This document shows, piece after piece, positions 19,122 through 28,696 of a stretch of 64,000 nt of DNA. The number at the start of each line of letters is the position of its first letter. Positions within the stretch are counted from its first letter, which is position 1. This DNA is from Bacteroidota bacterium (GTDB lineage: Bacteria > Bacteroidota > Ignavibacteria > Ignavibacteriales > SURF-24): the NCBI GenBank assembly GCA_050258935.1, contig JBLMZS010000076.1:70259-134258 (forward strand), written 5' to 3'. A model generated the notes under the pieces. The model did no database searches and was not told where the DNA came from. It was given only the letters and a program-made list of their open reading frames with translations. The position numbers and the translations under genes were made by a program.

Positions 19122-19991
19122 TTAGTTACAAGGATCCGTCGACATGAAACTGCACAGTCCGGCGTAGCAGTTTTCCGCATCCTTATAACCCGTATCATAG
19201 ACAGAATAAAGTGTCTGCTTGCTGCGTTCGATCCTGCCGGCTTTCAGCGGTGCTGATGGACGGATGATGAAAACACTGCCCTGCCTGCGGAGCTCTTCAA
19301 TGAACTCAATGGTTTCGTTGTACATGAGATGCCGGTTTTCCAGTGCTGTTACCAGTCCGGTGAACTTCGGATAGCGCAGCCGTGTAAGTGCAGAAATTCC
19401 CTCCGGCTCCTTCCTGTATCCTTCAGGCTGTGTAAGAATAATTACATGCTTTTTATTGCCGTCCTCAATGCTCTTTCTGATGGGAATGGAATCCGACAGC
19501 CCGCCGTCCATATATATACGGCCCTTGTATTCAACGGGTTTTGAAATGAACGGCAGACTGCTTGAAGCCTGGAGCATTTTCATGTAATCTTTTCCAAGTT
19601 CGTTCCGCTCAAAGTAGACGGCTCTGCCGGTTATGCAGTCGGTAACGGTAGTAAAACACCTCTGCGGACTATTGAAAAAAGTGGTGAAATCAAACGGCAC
19701 AAGTTTGTTCGGTATGGTATCGAAAATGAAATTCATACCGAAGAGTTCACCCTTCAGTACGAGGCGCAGATAGCTTAGATATCTGCGGTCATTGACAAAA
19801 GCTATATTTACTATACGGTTGCGCTCCGGCTGGTGCGAAATATAGTTGGCTGCATTGCAGGCTCCCATCGAAACACCGATCACGTATGGAAAATAAAGGT
19901 CGTGCTCCATAAAGAACTGCAGTACACCGGAAGTATATACCCCGCGCAGCCCGCCGCCTTCTAGTATCAGTCCTGTTGAAGAAAGGTCCAT
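19122..19991 (-). CDS. Patatin-like phospholipase
   Basis: 289 aa. The oxyanion motif is LEGGGLRG, the nucleophile elbow is GVSMG (GxSxG), and the catalytic Asp motif is MDGGL. Confidence 0.85.
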   Translation of the reverse strand: MDLSSTGLILEGGGLRGVYTSGVLQFFMEHDLYFPYVIGVSMGACNAANYISHQPERNRIVNIAFVNDRRYLSYLRLVLKGELFGMNFIFDTIPNKLVPFDFTTFFNSPQRCFTTVTDCITGRAVYFERNELGKDYMKMLQASSSLPFISKPVEYKGRIYMDGGLSDSIPIRKSIEDGNKKHVIILTQPEGYRKEPEGISALTRLRYPKFTGLVTALENRHLMYNETIEFIEELRRQGSVFIIRPSAPLKAGRIERSKQTLYSVYDTGYKDAENCYAGLCSFMSTDPCN

Positions 19992-20165
19992 TTCAGAAGA
20001 TCCAGTTTTAGAAAATAATCAGACTCAAATATATTGGATTTGGGTGTTATTTCCCAGTCCTGTTTACGGGGAAAAATTATTTGTCGAATTTCCGGTTGAA
20101 GTTGAGGCTGTACGGGACTAAATTTCAGATATACAGATTTAATAATAAGCCGAAAGTGAAAAGCG

Positions 20166-21203
20166 ATGCTGAACGAAGATGTCATGTATGATGCACTGGT
20201 AAACAAGGACCCTTCCTTTGAAGGCCTGTTCTACGTCGGTGTTACCACGACCGGAATATTCTGCCGGCCCACATGCACTGCAAAAAAACCGAAACGCAAT
20301 AATGTGGAATTCTTTTCCACTTCAGGAGAGGCAATAGTAAACGGATACCGTCCGTGCAAGATATGCAGCCCTCTGAACAAGCCGGGGGAAACTCCGGAGG
20401 CAATAAAAAAAATAATGGAGGAGATCAGCAGCAATCCTTTTATCCGCCTGAAGGATCAGGACCTGCGTGAAAGGGGAATTGAATCCGATACACTGAGGCG
20501 CTGGTTCAGGAAAAATCACGGGATCACATTCCATTCATTTCAAAGAATGCAGCGTATAAACAGTGCTTTTATGAAGATACGGAACGGGGAAAAAGTTGCC
20601 GATGTTGCTTTTGAAAGCGGTTATGATTCATTGAGCGGATTTGCCGAACAGTACAAATCACTGATCGGTGCTTCGCCCTCAAACAGCAGGAACACCACAC
20701 TGCTCAACCTGATGCGCATAGATACTCCTCTGGGACCGATGATAGCCTGCGCATGCGACGAAGGGATATGTCTGCTGGAATTTACAGACAGGAAAATGCT
20801 GGAAACACAGATAAAAAATATCTGCAGACTGATGAAAGCTTCCATAATTCAGGGTACTAACGGACATCTCGATACACTCAGCAGGCAGCTTGAAGAATAT
20901 TTCGCGGGCAAAAGGAAAAATTTTACAGTACCGCTCGTATTTCCGGGTACTGCTTTCCAGCAGAAAGTCTGGAATGCTCTTCTTCAGATACCTTACGGGC
21001 AGACCAGGTCGTACAAGGCGCAGTCTGAGATCATAGGAATGCCCAATGCAATGCGGGCAGTAGCAAACGCAAACGGCTGCAACAGGATAGGCATCATTAT
21101 TCCGTGTCACAGGGTAATCGGCGAAGACGGCAGCCTGACCGGATATGGCGGAGGACTCTGGCGCAAGCAGTGGCTGCTCGAGCTGGAAAGGAACAATTGC
21201 TGA
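20166..21203 (+). CDS. ada: Bifunctional Ada: methylphosphotriester-DNA methyltransferase/AraC-type regulator + O6-methylguanine-DNA methyltransferase
   Basis: 345 aa. The N-terminal Zn-Cys4 domain is FYVGVTTTGIFCRPTCTAKKP...GYRPCKICSP. An AraC-type HTH occupies the middle. The C-terminal MGMT active site is IIIPCHRVIG (PCHR). Confidence 0.9.
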   Translation: MLNEDVMYDALVNKDPSFEGLFYVGVTTTGIFCRPTCTAKKPKRNNVEFFSTSGEAIVNGYRPCKICSPLNKPGETPEAIKKIMEEISSNPFIRLKDQDLRERGIESDTLRRWFRKNHGITFHSFQRMQRINSAFMKIRNGEKVADVAFESGYDSLSGFAEQYKSLIGASPSNSRNTTLLNLMRIDTPLGPMIACACDEGICLLEFTDRKMLETQIKNICRLMKASIIQGTNGHLDTLSRQLEEYFAGKRKNFTVPLVFPGTAFQQKVWNALLQIPYGQTRSYKAQSEIIGMPNAMRAVANANGCNRIGIIIPCHRVIGEDGSLTGYGGGLWRKQWLLELERNNC

Positions 21204-21212
21204 AAACGCCCC

Positions 21213-21242
21213 TGAACTTCCGGGTATTGTTACCCGGAAGTT
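21213..21242. terminator. Strong hairpin between convergent ada and the DUF4440 gene (bidirectional terminator)
   Basis: A 13-bp perfect stem, gaacttccgggta pairing with tacccggaagttc, with a 4-nt loop (ttgt). Confidence 0.75.
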
Positions 21243-21262
21243 CTGCAAATCGGTAAGCAGGT

Positions 21263-21649
21263 TTATTTTAGTGCTTTTGTCATTGACCAGTGTGTGTGAA
21301 CTATCTTCCAGTCTCCGTGAATTTTGGTATATACTTCGCAACAGTTCCACCTGCTTTCGTTGCTGCCTACGCATGCGGCATAGTTGAAAGTGAGTACTGC
21401 CGACTCGCCATATACCTGCACTTGCGGATTGATCAGCTCATAGCTGTCAACAAATATTTTACCGCGTATACTCTCATAGAGCTTGGTCAGTGCTTCGAGT
21501 CCGTCAAGCCTTTGTTCCAGGAGAGGATCGAAATAAGTTACATCCTGAGCCGTTATTTCCAGATAGCCGGACGGATCACCTGAGCACCATCTGTCGAGTG
21601 CAGCTCTTTCCATGCCGATTATCAGTTCTGAAATACTGTTGGGTTCCAT
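21263..21649 (-). CDS. SnoaL-like / DUF4440 (NTF2-fold) protein
   Basis: 128 aa. ERAALDRWCSGDPSGYLEI...DVTYFDP...RWNCCEVYTKIHGDWKIVHTHWS is typical of the DUF4440 NTF2-like family. Confidence 0.7.
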   Translation of the reverse strand: MEPNSISELIIGMERAALDRWCSGDPSGYLEITAQDVTYFDPLLEQRLDGLEALTKLYESIRGKIFVDSYELINPQVQVYGESAVLTFNYAACVGSNESRWNCCEVYTKIHGDWKIVHTHWSMTKALK

Positions 21650-21673
21650 TTTTTCTCTCTATATTGATTCGGG

Positions 21674-23329
21674 TTAGTTGCTGTTATCCTGCTGACGGAT
21701 CTCGACTCTCCGTATTTTTCCGCTTATAGTTTTGGGCAGTTCATCCACAAATTCTACTATCCTGGGATATTTATACGGGGCGGTGACCCTCTTGACGTGT
21801 TCCTGCAGCTGCCTGGCGAGCTCCTCTCCGGGCAGGTAGCCTTTGGCCGTAACCACGGTAGCCTTAACCACCTGACCGCGGTCTGCATCGGGCACAGCAG
21901 TTATTGCACATTCAAGAACAGCCGGGTGTTCCATAAGGGCGCTTTCAACTTCAAAAGGTCCGATACGGTAGCCGGAACTTTTAATGACATCGTCAGCCCT
22001 GCTGACAAACCAGAAATATCCGTCTTCATCTCTCCAGGCCATATCACCCATATAGTATATGCCGTCGTGCCATACTTCCGCAGTAAGCTTTTCATCCTGG
22101 TGATATCCGTTGAACATACCTGCCGGAGTCTGCTTTGATGTACGAATGACAATCTGACCGATTTCGCCTTCTTCGCACGATCTGCCGTCGTAATCAATGA
22201 TATCAATATCATAACCCGGCGAAGGTTTACCCATCGATCCCGGCTTCGGCTGCATCATCGGGTATGTTGCTATTGCGACAGTGCACTCGGTCTGCCCGTA
22301 CCCTTCCATCAGTCGCAGACCGGTAGCCTCGAAGAATTTTTTGTATACTTCGGGGTTCAGCGGTTCACCAGCGACAACCGTATACTTCAAACTTGAAAAA
22401 TCATAGTTTGAAAGATCTTCTTTTATTAAGAACCGGTATACGGTCGGAGGGGCACAGAATGAGGTGACCCTGTATTTTGATATTACATTCATTATATCGG
22501 CCGGGACGAATTTATCAAAGTCATACGTCATTACAGCGCACCCGGAGAGCCATTGCCCGTATATCTTTCCCCAGGCTGCCTTTGCCCAGCCGGTGTCGGC
22601 AATGGTAAAGTGCAGTCCGCCTTCTTCCGTATTCTGCCAATACCTGGCCGTCAGTATGTGCCCCAGCGGGTAAATGAAATTGTGCTTTACCATCTTGGGC
22701 ATGCCGGTGGTTCCTGAGGTAAAGTACAGAAGCATAGTGTCATTCAGACCGGCATCTCTGATCGGTTCTGAGAAATCGCCCGACATTTTTTCAAGCTCTT
22801 CATCAAAGTTCAGCCAGCCCTCTTTGTCACCTCCGATAATTGCCTTATATTTCAGCGTTGGTGAATCAGTCTGCGCATCCTCTATGTGCCGGACAACCTC
22901 GGGATCCGGAACGCTTACTATCATTTTTATATCAGCAGCATTATTTCTGTAGACAATATCTTTTTTTGTCAGCAGGTGTGTGGCAGGAATTGTAATGGCT
23001 CCAAGCTTATTCAGGCCCAGAGTACAGAACCAGTATTCATAGCGGCGTTTGAGTATGAGCATTACGCGGTCTCCGCGCTGTATGCCGTTCGAGGCGAAGA
23101 AGTTTGCAGCCTTGTCGCTGTAAAGCTTCATATCGGCAAAAGTGAATATTCTTTCATTCCCCTTGTCATCGCACCAGACCATAGCCGTTTTATCCGGCAT
23201 TATAAGTGCAATTTCGTCCACCACGTCACAGGCAAAATTAAAATGTTCCGGTACATCAATACGGAAATTTTTTACAAAATCCTCGTATGAACTGAATTGC
23301 TCCTGCTGCAGGTATTTACTTAGTATCAT
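21674..23329 (-). CDS. AMP-forming acyl-CoA synthetase (medium-chain ACSM-like)
   Basis: 551 aa. The AMP-binding motif is [13 protein letters not shown]. Also present are GYGQTE, the hinge [38 protein letters not shown], and the C-terminal [10 protein letters not shown]. Confidence 0.9.
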   Translation of the reverse strand: MILSKYLQQEQFSSYEDFVKNFRIDVPEHFNFACDVVDEIALIMPDKTAMVWCDDKGNERIFTFADMKLYSDKAANFFASNGIQRGDRVMLILKRRYEYWFCTLGLNKLGAITIPATHLLTKKDIVYRNNAADIKMIVSVPDPEVVRHIEDAQTDSPTLKYKAIIGGDKEGWLNFDEELEKMSGDFSEPIRDAGLNDTMLLYFTSGTTGMPKMVKHNFIYPLGHILTARYWQNTEEGGLHFTIADTGWAKAAWGKIYGQWLSGCAVMTYDFDKFVPADIMNVISKYRVTSFCAPPTVYRFLIKEDLSNYDFSSLKYTVVAGEPLNPEVYKKFFEATGLRLMEGYGQTECTVAIATYPMMQPKPGSMGKPSPGYDIDIIDYDGRSCEEGEIGQIVIRTSKQTPAGMFNGYHQDEKLTAEVWHDGIYYMGDMAWRDEDGYFWFVSRADDVIKSSGYRIGPFEVESALMEHPAVLECAITAVPDADRGQVVKATVVTAKGYLPGEELARQLQEHVKRVTAPYKYPRIVEFVDELPKTISGKIRRVEIRQQDNSN

Positions 23330-23382
23330 TATCTCATTTGCTTAAAAGATGAAAAAAACTTCAATAGAAAATATCACCCGGA

Positions 23383-23937
23383 TTACAGTATAATAGCGAG
23401 CATTTTTACAGGAGCATTATCCATTGCTTTCATTGCGTGGTTGTGTCCGGAATCATAGTAGATGGAATCGCCTTCGTTAAGTATGATTTCGTGTTCATCT
23501 ATTATTATCTTCATTCTGCCCTCAATAACATAGTCGAATTCCTGTCCGGGGTGGGAGTTGAATTCCACCGGTGCATCGGCGGTATCAGGATCTATTCTTA
23601 CTATGAAGGGTTCGGCTTTCTTATGCGCGAAGTTATAGGCCAGGCTCTCATACTTGTACTGCTTTCTTCTTTCAGCGTACAGACCCTTGTCTTTTCTTAC
23701 GACGCTGTAAGTATGCAGCTTCGGATCCTCGCCGCTCAGTATAGAGGACAGTTCGACGCCGTACCTCAGGGCAAGTTTATACAGAAAACCTACCGGAATA
23801 TCTGTGTTTCCGTTTTCATACTGCAGCAGCTGATCGATAGAAATGCCGAGCTCGATGGCAAGCGCATCGGCCGGAAGTCCTGAAATCTCTCTCAATCCCT
23901 TGATCCTGCTTGCAATCAGTTTTATCTGTTCTTCCAT
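23383..23937 (-). CDS. XRE-family HTH transcriptional regulator with C-terminal cupin domain
   Basis: 184 aa. The N-terminal HTH is IKGLREISGLPADALAIELGISIDQLLQYENG. The C-terminal cupin is HPGQEFDYVIEGRMKIIIDEHEIILNEGDSIYYDSGHNH. Confidence 0.85.
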   Translation of the reverse strand: MEEQIKLIASRIKGLREISGLPADALAIELGISIDQLLQYENGNTDIPVGFLYKLALRYGVELSSILSGEDPKLHTYSVVRKDKGLYAERRKQYKYESLAYNFAHKKAEPFIVRIDPDTADAPVEFNSHPGQEFDYVIEGRMKIIIDEHEIILNEGDSIYYDSGHNHAMKAMDNAPVKMLAIIL

Positions 23938-24059
23938 TTTACTATTTGTCCGATTATTCTGTTACTCAAAGGTAAATAACCATGGCGAAACATCCAAAAG
24001 TGTAAATTTAAAATAGTCAAGTTGAAAGTAAAAAATTATTTTATTAGTTTGAGTTCCGT

Positions 24060-24216
24060 TGGTTAAAGGTTCCTATACAGGAATAACAGGGAATCCGGTA
24101 GAGTCCGGAGCTGTACCCGCAACTGTAAGTTCACATAGTGTTTTCTGCACCAGGCCACTGGAAATTTCCGGGAAGGCGCAGTTAAACCCGAACGAGCCAG
24201 GAGACCTACCTTTAGC
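24060..24216 (+). promoter_or_regulatory. Cobalamin (AdoCbl) riboswitch aptamer in the 5' leader of nrdD-nrdG
   Basis: The conserved core is read directly: AACAGGGAATCCGGTAGAGTCCGGAGCTGTACCCGCAACTGTAAG, then CAGGCCACTGG...CCGGGAAGGCG, then the B12 box GAGCCAGGAGACCTACC. The closing P1 helix pairs taaaggt (24064-24070) with accttta (24208-14). The nrdD start is about 190 nt downstream. Confidence 0.9.
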
Positions 24217-24408
24217 TGTGACCGGGCTTTCGGGCTAAAAAACCGGTATCTGAAGATAAAGGAACTTACTCTGTATTCGGACCATTCCTATCCTCATTTT
24301 TTCGGTGTGTCATATCCCGGATCATTTAAACAGGTTATTCAACACGGTTCTTCCGCAATCATAAATTTTTATACGACAACACCCGTTGTCATATCTGGAG
24401 ATTACAAA

Positions 24409-26511
24409 ATGACTCAGACGCACGTCTTTACAGAAATTGTTAAAAGGGATGGGAGTATCCAGGAATTCGATATCAGCAAGATTATAAGCGCCATTCAAAA
24501 AGCCGGGGCTTCTACGGGTGAGTTCAACAAGGATATTGCCGAGTTCATGGCGGTTAAAGTGCTCAGCATACTGCAGAACCTGACCCCGGACCGGCTTCCC
24601 AAGGTCGAGGAGATACAGGATGTAGTGGAAACAGTACTGCTGGATTCCCCTTACAGAAAAACTGCCAAAAACTTTATACTCTACCGCGAACAGCACGCAC
24701 AGATGAGAAACATGATATCAAAATTCAATATAGATCTCATCGACTCGTATCTCGGGAAAAACGACTGGCAGGTGAAAGAAAACAGCAATATGTCGTATTC
24801 GCTACAGGGACTCAATCAGTATATATCTTCCGAAGTAAGCAAGACCTACTGGCTGAGCAAGGTCTACCCGGAAACGATCAAGAAACTGCACAGCGAAGGT
24901 GATTTTCACATTCACGATCTGGGACTGCTCAGCGTTTACTGCGTGGGGTGGGACCTCTATAGCCTTCTGCAGTACGGCTTCAAGGGCGCTTCAGGTAAAA
25001 TTGAATCTGCTCCTGCAAGGCATTTCCGCACGGCGCTTGGACAGGTGGTGAACTTTTTCTATACGCTTCAGGGAGAAGCTGCCGGAGCCCAGGCGTTCTC
25101 GAATTTCGATACACTCCTTGCCCCGTTTATCAGGTATGATAATCTCAGCTACCGCGAAGTCAAGCAGTCGCTCCAGGAATTTTTGTTTAATGTCAATGTC
25201 CCGACACGCGTAGGTTTCCAGACTCCGTTTACAAACGTGACACTCGACCTTACTGCACCTTCATACTATGCCGACCAGCCGGTACTGATAGGCGGACAGA
25301 TGCAGTCGGAAACGTATGGAATGTTCCAGAAGGAAATGGACCTGTTTAATAAGGCTTTCCTCGAGGTTATGCTGGAAGGCGATGCAACCGGCCGCGTATT
25401 TACATTCCCTATACCCACTTACAATCTTGGGCGCGATTTCGACTGGGAAAATGAAAACCTGGAAATACTGTGGAAGGCTACAGCCAAATACGGAATACCT
25501 TACTTTGCCAATTACTATAACTCGGATATGAATCCGGAAGATGCGCGCAGTATGTGCTGCCGGCTCAGAATTGACAACCGTGAACTCAATAAGCGCGGAG
25601 GCGGACTGTTCGGAGCCTCACCGCTTACCGGCTCTATTGGCGTTGTAACTATAAATATGCCGCGCATTGGCTATCAGTGCACTACCGAAGAGGAATTCTT
25701 CCAGCGCCTGTCATTCCTGATGGAAAATGCAAAAACCAGTCTTGAGATAAAAAGAAAAGTTCTGGAGAAACTTACAGACAATAATCTCTATCCTTATATG
25801 AGTTTCTATCTCAGAGACATAAAGCAGCGGTTCGGGAAATACTGGCAGAATCATTTTTCGACCATAGGACTGGTTGGTATGAATGAAGCGCTGCTCAACT
25901 TTTACGGCTGCGATATCGGCAGTGAAAAAGGCAGCCGCTTTGCGCGCGAAGTGCTGGAATTCATGAGGCTCAAGCTTATAGATTTTCAGGAGGAAACCGG
26001 GAATATGTACAACCTCGAAGCTACTCCTGCCGAGGGAACTTCCTACCGCCTGGCTTTGCTCGATAAGAAAAAATATCCGCAGATCATCTGTGCTAATGAG
26101 GTATCCTATCAGGAAAAGGGTAGACCGTTCTACACAAACTCCACACAGCTGCCTGTAAATTATACGGATAAGATATTTACCATGCTGGACCTTCAGGACG
26201 ACATACAGTCTAAGTATACCGGCGGTACAGTGCAGCATCTGTTCATCGGAGAGAAGATCGAAGATACATCAATGCTGAAAAAACTCATCAAGACTATTGT
26301 GATGAACTATAAACTTCCGTATTTCTCCATAACGCCTACTTTCAGTGTCTGTCCCGACTGCGGATATATTGCAGGTGAAAAACACACTTGTCCCGACTGC
26401 GGAAAAACCACAGAAGTGTATTCCCGCATAGTTGGTTATATCCGTCCTGTATCGCAGTGGAACGAAGGCAAGCAGGAGGAGTTTGCAATGAGGAGTACTC
26501 TTACCGTATGA
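24409..26511 (+). CDS. nrdD: Anaerobic ribonucleoside-triphosphate reductase (class III RNR)
   Basis: Start is trimmed to ATG 24409 (MTQTHVF...), 9 nt after GGAG. There is an N-terminal ATP-cone (VKRDGSIQEFDISKIISAIQKA). The C-terminal Zn site is CPDCGYIAGEKHTCPDCG, and the glycyl-radical motif is SRIVGYIRPV. Confidence 0.95.
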   Translation: MTQTHVFTEIVKRDGSIQEFDISKIISAIQKAGASTGEFNKDIAEFMAVKVLSILQNLTPDRLPKVEEIQDVVETVLLDSPYRKTAKNFILYREQHAQMRNMISKFNIDLIDSYLGKNDWQVKENSNMSYSLQGLNQYISSEVSKTYWLSKVYPETIKKLHSEGDFHIHDLGLLSVYCVGWDLYSLLQYGFKGASGKIESAPARHFRTALGQVVNFFYTLQGEAAGAQAFSNFDTLLAPFIRYDNLSYREVKQSLQEFLFNVNVPTRVGFQTPFTNVTLDLTAPSYYADQPVLIGGQMQSETYGMFQKEMDLFNKAFLEVMLEGDATGRVFTFPIPTYNLGRDFDWENENLEILWKATAKYGIPYFANYYNSDMNPEDARSMCCRLRIDNRELNKRGGGLFGASPLTGSIGVVTINMPRIGYQCTTEEEFFQRLSFLMENAKTSLEIKRKVLEKLTDNNLYPYMSFYLRDIKQRFGKYWQNHFSTIGLVGMNEALLNFYGCDIGSEKGSRFAREVLEFMRLKLIDFQEETGNMYNLEATPAEGTSYRLALLDKKKYPQIICANEVSYQEKGRPFYTNSTQLPVNYTDKIFTMLDLQDDIQSKYTGGTVQHLFIGEKIEDTSMLKKLIKTIVMNYKLPYFSITPTFSVCPDCGYIAGEKHTCPDCGKTTEVYSRIVGYIRPVSQWNEGKQEEFAMRSTLTV

Positions 26512-27197
26512 CCATCGGCGGCTTCAGGGAACTCTCACTGATAGATTATCCCGGGTACATGTCGACAGTAATCTTTGTTCAGGGATGCAATTTCAGATGC
26601 CGGTACTGCCACAACCGGCACCTGGTGTATCCGGAACTCTTCGGGGCTTCATTTACTTCAGATACAATACTGCAGAAGCTGAGAGATAAACCGCTCCTAA
26701 CGGAAGCCTTTGTGGTTACTGGCGGTGAGCCCGCGATTTTTAAGGACCTGCCGGAATTTCTAAAATCTCTGAGATCCTTCAATAAGAGAATCAAACTCGA
26801 TACGAACGGTTCCAATCCCGGTATGCTAAAGACAGTGCTTACTGAAGGTCTGGCAGATTTTATTGCTATGGATATAAAGTCGCCATTCGGAAAGTACCGT
26901 GAAATTACAGGAGTGCAGACTGACCAGGAAAAAATTGCTGAAAGTATTTCCATTATACAATCATCGGGCATTGATCATCACTTCAGGACCACTTACGTAA
27001 ATAACCTGCTCAGCGAATCAGATCTGCTTGAGATCAAAATGATGTGCGGCAGCTCCAGATGGGTGCTGAATAATTACAGGACACCCGGAAAGGTCAGCGT
27101 GCCGGGGACTGTCTTTGAGGAATTTCCCGAGGTAAGCGACAACAAATTTTCCAGTCTGAAAGAACACCTTTTTCAGCAGTATACCACTACCGGTTAG
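26508..27197 (+). CDS. nrdG: Anaerobic RNR activating enzyme (radical SAM)
   Basis: Begins MTIGGFRELSLIDYPGYMSTVIFVQGCNFRCRYCHN (CxxxCxxC radical-SAM cluster motif). Its ATG overlaps the nrdD stop as ATGA (26508-26511). Confidence 0.9.
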   Translation: MTIGGFRELSLIDYPGYMSTVIFVQGCNFRCRYCHNRHLVYPELFGASFTSDTILQKLRDKPLLTEAFVVTGGEPAIFKDLPEFLKSLRSFNKRIKLDTNGSNPGMLKTVLTEGLADFIAMDIKSPFGKYREITGVQTDQEKIAESISIIQSSGIDHHFRTTYVNNLLSESDLLEIKMMCGSSRWVLNNYRTPGKVSVPGTVFEEFPEVSDNKFSSLKEHLFQQYTTTG

Positions 27198-27414
27198 AGG
27201 GACAAAATCCTCAGAACAGCGATCTCCGCCCTCCCCTCACCAAAACAGGATATATCATACACTTTCCAATTGTAAATGACACCGAATCATGTAAATTTAT
27301 AGGATAAGCGGACTTATATATATATCGCAAAATAGCAAAAAAATGTATTGATATGAATAGTAGCCGCGGTAACTAATTCGCCTTTAATTGCATTTCATTT
27401 TAAAAAGAGGATAA

Positions 27415-28638
27415 ATGAGAAAATATATACTTATGTATTTCATGCTGCTTTCTCTGACCAGTGTATTTGCTGACTGGCAACGAGCTGGTCAGGATATACA
27501 GGGACATATATACGGCTTATACTTCGATAAAAACTATATATTTGCCGGCGGGGATTCGCTGGTATTTATCAGTCACGATGCCGGACGGACCTGGCAGCAT
27601 ACCGAAATTATACGGGGCAAAGCAGTACTTGCATCGGATTTTTTACGGGTATCCGGAATAGTATATGCATCTACCTACGGCTATGGAGTATTCAGAAGCA
27701 GCGATAACGGTGAGTCATGGCAGCCGTTCAGCGAAGGACTGAGCTACTGGCAGATGGATGTGAAAATGATAATTGGCACTCAGGATAAACTGTTTATAGG
27801 CACTGACGGGGGCGGTGTTTATTTCAGGGATTTAAGTGCGCAGTCGCAGTGGCAGCAGTATAATGAAGGACTCGGATGGAATGTTGCCTGGACAATAAAC
27901 GCGATGTGCCGTACTGCAAATGGTTTTATTGCCGGAGCCGGAGCCAACGGATATTACTATCTGCGATCAGACGGCGCTTCGGCATGGGAGGAGCGCTTTA
28001 TCAATGAGAGATATCCGAATATCAGTGCACTGGTTGCCTATGGAGATACGGTATTTGCCGCTGCATCAAGGACTGTATTCAGAAGCATCGATGGCGGAAT
28101 GACGTGGGATTCCTCGGGTATAAGACCTATGGATATAAGACCTACTCATCTTGCAAGGGATGGAAGGAGAATATACTGTGGCTTCAACAGAAGAGAACAG
28201 GACTTTTTTGTATGGTATTCCGATGACGGCGGGATGTCGTGGATTTTTTTTGACCATCAGTTTTTTGCGCTGCATAATTTCCATGTGACCGGCGGCCGCA
28301 TCTGGGCCGCTACAAACGATGGTATCTGGTACAATGATTTCAGGAGTACCGGCGCAGAGGAAAATTTCACACTTCAGGGCTTCGAGCTGGCACAGAACTA
28401 TCCGAATCCGTTCAATCCCTCGACTGTCATCAAATTCAGTCTGCCTGAGACTACAGAATCAGAACTAATGGTTTATGATGTGCTCGGCAATGAAGTTGCA
28501 CAACTGCACAAGGGGACTCTGGGGAAAGGGTGGCATTATATGAATTTCAATGCCTCGGGATTGCCGGCAGGAGTGTATATCTACAGGCTATCTGCTCCAG
28601 GTCTGCAGTCAGTAAGAAAAATGGTATTACTAAAGTAG
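27415..28638 (+). CDS. Secreted BNR/Ycf48-like beta-propeller protein with T9SS C-terminal sorting domain
   Basis: 407 aa with a signal peptide (MRKYILMYFMLLSLTSVFA). Repeats are HDAGRTWQH, SDNGESWQP, IDGGMTWDS, SDDGGMSWIF. The C-terminus reads LAQNYPNPFNPSTVIKFSLP...GVYIYRLSAPGLQSVRKMVLLK. Confidence 0.8.
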   Translation: MRKYILMYFMLLSLTSVFADWQRAGQDIQGHIYGLYFDKNYIFAGGDSLVFISHDAGRTWQHTEIIRGKAVLASDFLRVSGIVYASTYGYGVFRSSDNGESWQPFSEGLSYWQMDVKMIIGTQDKLFIGTDGGGVYFRDLSAQSQWQQYNEGLGWNVAWTINAMCRTANGFIAGAGANGYYYLRSDGASAWEERFINERYPNISALVAYGDTVFAAASRTVFRSIDGGMTWDSSGIRPMDIRPTHLARDGRRIYCGFNRREQDFFVWYSDDGGMSWIFFDHQFFALHNFHVTGGRIWAATNDGIWYNDFRSTGAEENFTLQGFELAQNYPNPFNPSTVIKFSLPETTESELMVYDVLGNEVAQLHKGTLGKGWHYMNFNASGLPAGVYIYRLSAPGLQSVRKMVLLK

Positions 28639-28696
28639 GACGGTTGACATTGTTCTGAATAATTTTTAATTGTTAATTCAGAAAATTGGAAAGCCA

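Noticed and set aside
19122-19991. The patatin-like phospholipase considered as a possible effector of a CBASS-type or other anti-phage system.
   Set aside because: It is a stand-alone 289-aa enzyme. It is flanked by a permease (convergent) and ada (divergent). No cyclase, sensor or ancillary genes are nearby.
20679-21374. A 231-aa ORF on the minus strand spanning the ada 3' half and the start of the next gene.
   Set aside because: It is antisense to the ada region carrying clear MGMT motifs, it runs through the strong terminator hairpin at 21213-21242, and it overlaps the DUF4440 gene out of frame. Its composition is non-protein-like.
25711-26238. A 175-aa minus-strand ORF inside nrdD. Similar antisense ORFs occur inside galM (51524-52108), the acyl-CoA synthetase (22886-23290 and others), the XRE-cupin gene (23437-23883) and the PAS kinase (58590-59058).
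   Set aside because: All lie antisense to, or out of frame with, genes that have strong motif support. None has a recognisable motif, signal peptide or RBS.
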